The notes beneath the pieces were generated by a model that was not told where the DNA came from, did not search any database, and saw nothing but the letters and a program-made list of their open reading frames with translations. A program made the translations under genes and the position numbers. 64,000 nt of DNA from Paraspadella gotoi. Lineage: Eukaryota > Animalia > Chaetognatha. Positions 26,027 through 37,000 of this stretch are shown here, one piece after another. The stretch lies in the NCBI GenBank assembly GCA_051294375.1, contig CM119267.1, positions 19,729,546-19,793,545 on the forward strand, given 5' to 3'. Within the stretch, counting starts at the first letter, position 1; each line of letters begins with the position of its first letter.

Positions 26027-28044
26027 AAAAAAGAAATCAAAACTGATTCTAATACTACTATGTATTTTTAATTAAAAAAAGCATTTTCCAAAATTTTGGT
26101 TGAATATCCTTGACAGCCGAAAGGAGGCAGAAACGTTACTCCAAAGACGTAATCAGTTGGCGTAAATCAAATATTTTAAAAGTCAAACATTTTAAAGTCA
26201 AACATGGAATTAACGATTAAAGTACACTTCGTTAGGCTTAATATAAGGTTTAAAACCATCGAATGAAGAAAATCAGTATTTTTAAAATTTTTGTGCAATA
26301 CCCTCGCATTGATGATAATCATCAACGCCTTTTGGATAAAATTTTTCACTAAGACGGGGTTGTTTCAAAGTCTCCCCAAAAAACCTTTCGGCTTGCCTCC
26401 TCCAAAGCGGCGGGAATGTCTTGGACGTAGTCTTCCATCCTCAGCAGCAGAATCTAACGTGGAGAAAAATGCTGGAATCAATCGCGAAGGAAGACATGGT
26501 AGAGGCTGGCGCGAAAGCAAAAGGGAATTTATAAAGTCTCCCTTGAAAGAGTTGAGCTCTTGCTCGTGGCCGCAAATCTCCAGCTTGGCGTTGCTCAAGC
26601 AGGAGTCGAACGTCTCTTTCGCCAACACGACGAGCTCGTGGAAATGCTGAGGAGACTTCTCGCCGACAATCTCTGCGGAATAAAATATTGACACAGGATC
26701 TCGCAGCACAGCGAACAATTTGGCAAAGGGATTTATGGTAGACAATTACGATCAGAGACAGCAATGACGATACATCGGATGAATGCCAATTCAAGAATTT
26801 GAGCCAACCGTCGTTGTCCCATATAAGGCAAACAGGAGTCGATGATGACTTTGAAGCAACTGTCGGATTCGATCGAGGGATCATCGATTGATCTCAATAT
26901 CTTCATTGACGACGCCATTGTAGAGATCAAGTAATCTTGAAACATCACCGGAGGAAAAGACTGAGTATCTGTTGATGAAAAAAGAAAGAAACTCCGCCTC
27001 ATCCACCAATCAAGTTCTTTCAACGGACCAGTCTTTATCTGCGGATAAGAGGCGAGTTTCTCATAAAAATCCATCGTCCCGCATTTTTGGTCTCTGAAGA
27101 TATAAAAGTAGGGAGAGGATCGTCTCGTTTGAGTCTCTCAAATTTCTCAAAATTTTCCCTGATGGAATTGGAATACTTGGCGTAAGGGTTATTCTCGAAG
27201 AAACTGCTTCTCTCCTCATTTTCGAACTCACAAGGATTTTTCAAATTTGATCCCAATTAATTAATTAAATCATTCATTGACGTGTTGAATCATTCATCAT
27301 AAATAAAACAAACAAATGCGTGTATGAGGGAGAGAATGAAAGAGAGAGAAGTCCAGCAACGACTGAGAAAGAAAAAGAGCAAAATAATTTAAAGAAATAA
27401 AAGAAGGACAAAAAAAATTTACAATTGTTTATAATTGGAAGTTGTAAAAGTGTATAATATTATTTTTATTAAAATTTAGATTTAGCTTATCATCAGGATC
27501 TTTTAAATTATCCTATTTTATATGGATTTAATTATCCTCAATATTATAACTTACTGCAATATGCAAATTAAAATATAATATACTATATACTAATTTGCAT
27601 ATTGCAGCAAGTACTATATTCTAATTTGCATATTACAATAAATCAAGAGAAAGTAATTCAAACCAAAATTATTTAAATCCATATGAAACATGACAATTTT
27701 AAAGAACTTAAAAAAGAGAAGCCATATATAAATTTTTAACTTACTGTGATTACACAATTTTATAAAAATCAATTGTAATTTGTAGTACTTTTTGTATAAA
27801 AAAAATTTTTAAGCCCTTATATAAACCGTAGTAGTTTTTATATAAAAAAAAGCGTGACAACGATGACGACAACGGCACAAAGAAACAATTCCAAACGATT
27901 ATCACGCCAAGACGAGCTTAAGCTTGTCTGGCGAGATAAAAATTAGGACTAAATTTTTACTCCTAATGTTTTTCTGTTAAAACAAATATAGGAAAAGTAC
28001 TCCTGATTTTAATTTTTTAAACGTCATTGCAAGCACAGAGTATA

Positions 28045-28422
28045 ATTAATATTAGATAGTTTTTCATTATGAGAACTGTGCTATAAACAAGAACAATTTG
28101 GCCAAATATTTCATCATATATTTTTATGACATCATCAGTGTTAAAAGGACAATAACGAGACAGTCAGTAACAGACAAACCCAGCTTGGGTTTCTTTGTCT
28201 GCTTTATGGTCGATTTAAATTTGTCCTTTTTTAAGTTGTGACCTAAAACTGACTGCTTTCTCTCTCCTCATACTTTAAATTGTAAGTTTGATTATTTCCT
28301 ATTTTTAATCAGTTACTCTACTTTTACCACTGATGTCATAAAAATATTTGATAAAATATTTGACAAAATTGTTCTTGCTTATAGCACAGTTATCTTATAA
28401 TGAAAAACTATCTAATATTAAT
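28045..28422. mobile_element. Palindromic MITE
   Basis: attaatattagatagtttttcattat...ctgtgctataa versus ttatagcacag...ataatgaaaaactatctaatattaat. Confidence 0.72.
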
Positions 28423-28564
28423 TTAATTTTTCAATTTATTTTTTAACTTCATAAGAATAATAATACTAAATTCTATGTTTCAAATAAATAACTAGAAAAT
28501 GTAAAAATGAAAAATATCAATTTTTCTCGCATTTATGATTATTCCTAATCCAACTACATTTGAA

Positions 28565-30242
28565 AATTTATGGTTCTGCAATCCGCATGAAACCGGGATT
28601 CTTCATGGTTCTTCCCCACCAACAAGTGAGCATCTGCTCAGCAAACGCGACATCTCCCGAGAGAAAAACGAAAGAGGATCTCCTCCTCTTCCCCTACCCT
28701 TCTCTTCCCCCTCCCCTCCACTATCTCAGCGTCCAGCCACGAGACAATCACAGGAAAACTTCCGGTAAAGCGCCATGCCCACTTGACCGGACGTCGTAGA
28801 AGGGGGGATGAGAAGCCGCAAAAACCAGTTCATGGACGAAAACCGGGTCTGAAAAACTGACGGCCGGAAGAGGCGATGGCCGAAAGAGCTGTCGGGCGAT
28901 CAGTCGGCGTCCTTGGGCATCTTTGAAGCCCCACCCCTACGCTTGGGAGGCGGCAAAGACTTGCAAGGCCTGTAGGGACGGTGAGCGGGACTCACGGACT
29001 GCCACACCCACGCTTGCGGCTAGCAGAACAGGCAACTGTGCGGCACCCCGGAGCTGAAAAGCAAAGAATGGAACGCTTGAGTGACGTCTATGGAGCGGTC
29101 TACAAAAAGGAACGCCCTGAAGGGCATAGAACTGGACAGAACTGTCTTGAGATCCAAAGGGGCAGCGTCGACTACCATGCGCCAAGTCTCGGAGAGGGAC
29201 GAACCGAAAAATCGCCGCCAAACCCGACGAGGCGTCTCCAAGGGGCTTGGCAAGATCGTCAAGGTGGCCTGCGTCCACTGCACCGGGCCCCTCTGAGCGA
29301 AGAGCCTTGACCATGAGGCGGAGAGCGTCAGCAACAGAAAGGACAGCATGAGAGGACGCTCCGGCGTCTCATGATGCGCTCTAAAGCCTTGAAAGGACTC
29401 GTCGTTTTGGAGTCCTTCCAAACGACGTCGAACTGAGCGGCAAGGCAACTGAGCAGGACTAAATTCCGCCGGCAAAGAAGCATCCAACCAGCGCCTGAAG
29501 CGCGTGTTGGCAGAAAACACGTTACACGACGGTAAAATTTCGTCCAGGCCAACTCCACTGCTGCAGCATCCACTCCGAAGGCTGTACAGAAGCACAACAA
29601 GACAAGTAGTTGTCAAACCCCTCAACTGACTCATCCGGAAGCGGAGGCGTCGTCGTCAACTCGCGCAGATCTAGCTCAACGAGGAAGGCGTGACCCAGTC
29701 ACCCTCTCGGAGTGGGAAGGCCGATCCGCCGCCAAAGAGGCCGCCAGAGAATGCGAAGACTCCTAAGTCGCTGGCGTAAAAGGGCGAAGAATGGCGAACA
29801 GAGGCGTACAAGAACCACGAAGAAAACGTACATGGAAAAAAAGGGAACATTGAAAATGAGTCTCAAAAAAACCAACCACAAACACGCCACCAAACAAAAA
29901 CAAGCGAGCCCGAGCCACCGCAGGGTGCGTATAGGGCAAACAAAGGGGCGGGATCAAATCCTCTCCCCGCAGCCACACACAACGAAGACGAAAAAAGGCG
30001 GCCGTGAAGAGAAAACTTCCAACAGCCACATGTCGAAGAATATCTGTATTCTGAAAGAACTCAATAAAAAAAAAAAAAAAAAAGAAAAAAAGAAGAAGTG
30101 ATTCTGTCTCGTGGCTAGACGCTGAGGTAGTGGAGGGGATGGGGAAGAGAAGAGGAGATCCTCTTTCGTTTTTCTCTCGGGAGATGTCGCGTTTGCTGAG
30201 CAGATGCTCACTTGTTGGTGGGGAAGAACTACATGATAGAAT
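28565..30242 (-). mobile_element. Internally deleted, non-autonomous DIRS-like element C, downstream of FGGY exon 2
   Basis: Inverted repeats of about 150 bp (28598-28751 and 30098-30242) beginning ATTct. Gag remnant (RFRRWLDASLPAEFSP, LDDLAKPLGDA) resembles the gags of A and B. No RT, YR or ICR seen. Left boundary approximate. Confidence 0.8.
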
Positions 30243-30300
30243 CGGACATCGTGGACAGAGCGTATAAGGTGATATATTTTGACTCATTCTCCATCCTCCC

Positions 30301-30801
30301 CTGTTGATATGCTCGGCTTCTGCGACGGCGCGATGATCCATCCAAACAATGACATCAAATCCGACCTCAGCTTCCCTCGATGAGTTGTCAGAGAGGACCA
30401 AAGGATCGCCGCGGGAGTCGAGGACGACTAAGGAACTAAGCGCGTTTTGGGAAAAGGGAATCCTTTGCGAGACGACCGGCTAATTAGGCCAAGCTAAATC
30501 TACCATATTTCATCCATCCACTTTCGCCTCATTTTTCTTTCTTTTTTTTTTTTTACCAAGTGGCGTCGAAGCCGATGCCTTTAACCGCCTCTATATTAAC
30601 GCCTCGTGTCGCAGCAGCGACCGCACTGCACACCGCGGTCCAAATTTCCGAGGATGACTGCACGTAGTGATCGGGTTGCGGGGATACGAGGGAAATTTCG
30701 CGAACGGACATGGCAACGATTTGACCGATACCGTCAAACAGAGCAGCGCGGACGCTGCCAGTGCCGACGTCGACCCCCACGAAATAAGGAGCGTCCGGCA
30801 T
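30301..30801 (-). CDS. FGGY: FGGY carbohydrate kinase, first two exons only (30557-30801, about 30301-30435)
   Basis: MPDAPYFVGVDVGTGSVRAALFD...QSSSEIWTAVC...VKGIGFDAT C SLVVLD...DVIVWMDHRAVAEAEHINR, with an in-phase GT-AG intron at 30436-30556. Downstream exons were not recognised in the window. Confidence 0.88.
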
Positions 30802-31031
30802 TTTTGTTTTTCTAATAAAACTGGAACTGTCTTTTTGTTTTCAAATTTTCCCTCTGACGATCTGTCGACTGGAAGTTAAAGAACACAAACACAAACAAAG
30901 AGAAAATAAATTTATTCGTTTTTTTAAAAATATTTCTTTTTAATTTCATAGGTAAATTTTTTTATTTATAATGCGCTGGTAAAGATTTATGTCTACTGAT
31001 TCAAGAGTACGAGGTTATTAAAAATAAAAAT

Positions 31032-34000
31032 CTAATAATGAGGCGTAGCTCCCGGTTGTCCTTGAAAAGGTCCGTTGTTTCCGGTCGGCGGCCCGCCGCT
31101 CTGAGCGGCGGAACCTCCTTGAGTCAATTGTCTTTGGAGCTGCGACATCATTTGAGGATTCGCCCCTTGTTGCTGAGTTTGCTGTTGCGATTGTTGTTGC
31201 TGTTGCATCATGAATTGCATTTGGTTATTGTAGCCACCTTGCGACTGTTGTTGAGACTGTTGTTGAGATTGTTGTTGTGACTGTTGTTGGGACTGATTCT
31301 GTCGAGCCATCATCATTCTTTGTTGCTGCATGGACATTGGTTGCCCTTGCTCCATAGCGTTTCCCGATTGGACGACCATTCCCGCAGAATTAATTGGTGC
31401 GGGTCCGGACATGGGGGAGACCGTCATTGGCATGTTGCCCGATCCCATGAACTGACCACCGGTCGTTTGTCCCATTTGGTTGGTCATCATGCCCTGTGGT
31501 TGTCCCATCGCGCCTTGTGTGTAGCTGCTGGTCGCCATGTTGGGCCCGCTGCTCATGGACATAGTGGTGTTGATGGAGGCGGGCCCTGCGGATGGTCCCA
31601 GCATCCCAGGTTGCATCGGATATCCGGATCCACTCGGCATGTTGCTAGGCCCAGACGAGGCGCCGGCGTAAGAGCCAGTTCCCATCTGTTGTATCTGCAT
31701 CATCTGCTGCTGTTGCTGCTGCTGTTGGGGCGAGACGAACTGATTCCCGTACATGGCCGATCCGGGTGGTGCTCCGGGTCCCATGCTGCCGGGTGCCGAC
31801 ATACGCTGCATTTGGATATGGCGTATGCGCAGCGACTGCATCGTCAAGGTAGCGTTTGGCGGTGGCGCGGGTCCTGGGCCGCCGGGGCCGTAACCGGGAG
31901 CCTGGTGGCGGGAATTTAACATCGCGCGAACAGCAGCCTTGGACGCCGACATGTCTAAAAATAATAACAGTACCAATAATTTATTTTTTCTTTGTTTGCA
32001 ATTGCTTCGTCTCTAACAACTTTCTCCTCAATCGAAACTCACTCGGATTAGCCCGATGATCCATCGGGCCTCCAATCCTGCCGGGCGGAAACGGCGTGTT
32101 CGAGTAAAGAGGCGTTTGTTGCGGCCCTGTCGTGGGTTGCGGCATTTGTTGACCGCTCGAATACCACGAAGGAGGCTGTGATCCCTGTGAGTACGGAATG
32201 CCCTGACCTCCGGGACCGACCGGTGGACCACCGGCCTGCGGTCCCTGAGGACCAATCGAGCCAGTAGGGTTGAACATCGGATCGGAAGGCTGAAAAGGAG
32301 AGGGGTATCGCACGGGAGTCCCAGGGGCGTTTCCCATGGCGCCGTAACCGCCTGCTGGCGACGCCATGGTGGGCGTAGAACCGGAGGTAGACCCGTTCCG
32401 ACTTCCCTTCCTCTTTCCTCTTCCCTTGGGTGCGGTAGGGGCCTTGGCTGCCAGGGGGCCCATCGATCTCATCGACGTAGGCATCATTCCACCGGGAGGG
32501 AGGCCAGTGGGAATGCCTGAATAAAAAAATCTTAAAAGCATAAGGATCGTCGCAATCGCATAAGAAAAATCTGGATTGACGACAAATTTTGATAATAAAA
32601 AAATCAAATTTGAGAAAAAAAAAATTTTAAACAAAAAAAATAAATATAAAGAAAGAATAGAAAGGAAAAAAAGAATAGAAAAGAAAAAAAGAATAGAAAG
32701 GAAAGAAAGAATAGAAAAAAGGAAAGAAAGAATAGAAAGGAAAAAAAGAATAGAAAGGAAAGAAAGAATAAAAGAAAGAAAGAATAAAGAAAGAAGAAAG
32801 GAAAGAATAGAAAGGAAAGAAAGAATAGAAAGGAAAGAAGAATAGAAGAAGAATAAAGAAAGGAAAGAAAGAATAGAAGAGGAAAGAAAGAATAGAAGGA
32901 AGAGAGAATAGAAAGGAAAGAAAGAATAGAAAGGAAAGAAAGTATAAATAGGAAAGAAAGTATAAAAAAGAAAGAAAGAATAGAAAGGAAAAAAAATAAA
33001 AAGAAAAGAAAGAAAAATAAAAATGAAGAGTGACGAGAAGAAAGAACGAAATAAAAACCCGATGTTGCGATAGAAAAATGATAACATGAACGAATACGAT
33101 GCTTAATTTTCCGAGTTCAATCCTAATTCAATTTTTTTTTTTTAATAAAAACGCAGAGAGAGAGAGAGAAAAGCCAAATCGTTGTCGGACGAATCAGCAG
33201 CGGCAGCAGCAGAGGCAGCCAGAAAAAAAGAAAGAAATCAAAAGGCAGCAGCAGAAGCAGCAGGAGAATCGTTTTCTAATCAGCAGTGTATCAAGATGGA
33301 TTCGGATTTTTAAAAACGTTACACAAGTGATCACACATATATATACTTTAATTTAAAACACTTTTTATTCGATTTAAATTTTCAACATGAGAGATCCCGG
33401 TCGATTTTAATCTGGCTCCTAAATTATGCAAATTAGCTTAAGATCGAATTTGTCAGATAACGATGACGCTCTTTATTCGCGTAATTTAAGCGTTTTATTA
33501 TTGTAATATTATAAATAATTAAATATTAAAGTTTTTAGAATATATATTATATAATATAAATAGTTTTTAATATTTTATACTAATATAAATAAGATGAAAT
33601 AGTATTTAAACGAGACCTTGAATGCTTTTTCCTAACAAAATGAAGAATTCGAACAGATTTTTGCATAAAATATAAAATTAACTATTTTGCTTGTTTAAAA
33701 TCTTTATTACATAAAATAAACTTTTATAAATTGTATAATTCGATCGTTTAATTACATTATATGTGCTTTAATAAATAGGTAAAAATGAGAAAACTTGATA
33801 ACTAAGATAAAAATAACCAATAAAGGTAAAATATTAAAATAAATAATAATATTAGTATTATCAAAAATATAATTAAACAATATTAATAATAATATTAAAA
33901 TAATAGTATTTTAATTATAATTTTTTTTTTTAAAACAGGAAATTTACATTTTTAGAGCACAAGCTTAGAAATCAGGGCAATTTTAGTGATTAGTCTAATC

Positions 34001-37000
34001 TTACTCCATGTACTCATAATAACAGCCTTTTACATTAAACTGATAATCATAATAATTGAAAAATATTTTTCTCTTTAACTAAAAAAAAATTAAAAAAAAG
34101 TCTAAAAGTTAAAACTAAAAACTGAAAGCTAAAAGTTAATCATTCGATAAATTCTCAGTATATACATATAGATAAGATGAAAAGGATCCATTCAGTATCA
34201 GAACCAATGATTTAAGTTTATTATGTTTGAATGATCGGTAAGAAAAATTAAATACTGTCTAATAAACATTACTAAATTTGAATAGTAAATACATATTGGA
34301 CGATTGGATCATTTTTGTATTTGAGGCAACATGAACCGGAACTTATTTTTTGCCATTTTATATATAACTGTTTTATTAATTTGTTTAATTTAATTTATAA
34401 TTTTGTAACTATTATAAATAAAAATAGTTTCATTCAAATCAAACAGAGAATACTTGAGAGGGAACTTAACTTCCAAGATTTTAAAGAATTGCTTTTGTTT
34501 TATAAATTTTTTAAAATAAAAACTCGTATATGTAGATAGTCCAAACATGTCAATTAATAATAAAATTAATCAAAACTTGTCTGTAAACATTGATAGATGG
34601 CTTTATTAATTCTTCAATCAACAATATTGAAAAAGTCAGTAAACAAATAAAATTAATCAAAACAAATATGATAATATTTTAATTGTTAACAATAAGGATG
34701 AAAGCTATGAATTAGTCCGAAAATGTCTATTTTTATGTAAAACATTATGTCGTTATTGTTAATCATTAAAAAGTTTTATTTCGTCTCTAAATCAGACAAA
34801 AATAGACGAAATAATACAATGACTAAAAACTCAAAAAAACCTCCGAGATATTTTTTTATAATTGAAAAAAAAAAAGGTTGCCTTTGGATGGTCAAACCCT
34901 CATACATCCTAATTATTAGGCCTATTAATAGTTATAAAAATGAAACTATAGTACATAGGAAAAAAAGCTTTTATAATTATAATATATATAATAGTTTAAG
35001 AAGAAGGGGATAAAATTGTAATCAAATCATATCCGTTTAAAGCATTTATGTTTATGTATAAACGTTGTCATTGTTAAAGAAAATATATATAACGTTGGTC
35101 CCCTCTCAAAAAATTATCCATTCCCACCCCTTTCTGTTCAGCCTCTTAGATATTATGATTTTTCATTAATGACTTTCTAACAGAAATGATGTGTGATATC
35201 TATTAGAAAACTAGGACAGATAGTAATCTAACTTATGTTGTATAGATGCTCCCTCTATTTCCAGAAGACAACACTAACTTTCCCTTCCCAAATTGATTAT
35301 TAGATAAATAAAAATATTAAAATATTAAATAGAAAATAAAAAATAGTGAAACAAGTAATTTGCAAATTTCATAATTCATATTCATTTAATAAATAAGCTA
35401 TCCTGCAAGCTTTCAATCAAGACTCTCTCACAGTCTCGTTTATTCACTCCCAGTTATTAAAAAAAACTAAACTCATCATCTGATTTCACAGGCAAAAGAT
35501 GCTCTTTTTATGAAAAATTCGCAAAAATCCGCCAGGTTCGCTAGTATCTTTTGTTCTTTTTGACCGGCTTGACCGGTCTTTAACATTAAAAAGATACGAA
35601 ATGACGTATTCGATCTCGGGATCTCTCATGTTCGATGCATTAAAGTTAAATATTTTTATACGAAAATTATTTATTTATACGTCTGATTAAGTGTACGAAC
35701 GTTTTTTATGAAACTCGATGTCTGTATATTTCCAACTTTTGGAACTATCAGCAGAAGCAGCTGCAGACTCGTTTTTTTCCCCGATGAATCAGCCTGGGGA
35801 AAAGAGAGAGCTACATACAATTAAAAAAGAAAAGAGAGAGAGAGAATGAGACATAAAAATAATAGAGGAAATTTGTTTGTTTTGATGAAACGTAAAAAAA
35901 AACATTTAATAACTGTCCTCACCCAATTTCAAGGACCTCGATGATGAGAAGCTGTATATAAATTTTCAGCTTCATACACCTAAATTTAATTATCAAAAAG
36001 GCGATCGATAAGTTGGAACGCCGACGACGACTACGCCACTTATGCGCAAAAGCGTTATGAGATCATTGCAAACGCAAAGCGATTGTGACGATAAAAAGGA
36101 TTTCTTGAGAAATGATATAATAAATTCAGGCTATTTTTGACCTTGACTATGATGCGGATGCATGGCCATCGGCCCCGGCATTCCGGGTCCCAAGTGAGGG
36201 TCCATCATCTCCGTCTTCATGCCCATGGGCGAGGGAATCACGTTGGGGTTTCCCATTCCGGGTCCCATGGCGCCCTGCATCATCGACGGGTGATGATGAT
36301 GATGCGCCATGGGATGCGAGACGGTAGGTCCGTGGTGACCCATGGGGAGGTCGGAGGGGTAAGGCGGATGCGCCGAGGAAGAAGGTATCATGATTCCCGC
36401 GGTGGGGTTGGGCGCTGGAGGAACCTTCTTCTCGACGGTGATTTCCGCCTTGGGGGAGGCAGAAGGCGGGGGTTCCAAATCTTCTGGTGGAAGAGGAGGC
36501 GGATCCAAGAAGTTTTCAGTCTTTTTGACTAAATGCTCGTGACGGTGGTGCATGAGAAGTTGATGTTGAACCTCGTATCTGGAAATATTTTTAAAAAATT
36601 TTTAATTCCTTTATGGAATATTAATTCTATATCGGTCCGCCTCGCCACGAAATGCCCTTTTGTTCGCGCTAGTCGATAGATCGCGCGTTTATCAGAGTCA
36701 GAAAAACGAACAAAATAACATCGAAAGATGAAAAAAAGAAAATCCAGAGGGAAGCCGTCACGTGACCGGCCCCGACCAATGGCAGCCCGGCATCCACCGA
36801 AGCCGGCTTTCTCCCTCATCCGGGGAACTGAGATCCCAATGTCCCTAGAAGGTCCCGGAGGGGCGCCCCACGCGACGTCCCTGCAGTAGAAAGAAGAAGG
36901 TCTGCGCTCCAGACCAATCTCCCGCGCGTAAGATGACGCCGAGATCCACGCCACGAGCGAAGGCTTCTGAAACGCCATAGCGCGGGTCGACCCCGGGGGC

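Larger units (their letters stand above)
21976..26304. mobile_element. Large foldback element with nested insertions
   Basis: Ends agggtattgcacaaaaatttt and aaaatttttgtgcaataccct. Arm 21976-22696 is the reverse complement of 24121-24763 plus 26030-26304. Internal tggcgtaaa subrepeats. Confidence 0.85.

Noticed and set aside
32517-33087. Hydrophobic N-terminal half of the 368-aa ORF 31981-33087 and the (ERKERI)n ORFs at 32576 and 42565
   Set aside because: Read-through of purine-rich HINE repeats; only 32043-32516 is a real MED12 exon.
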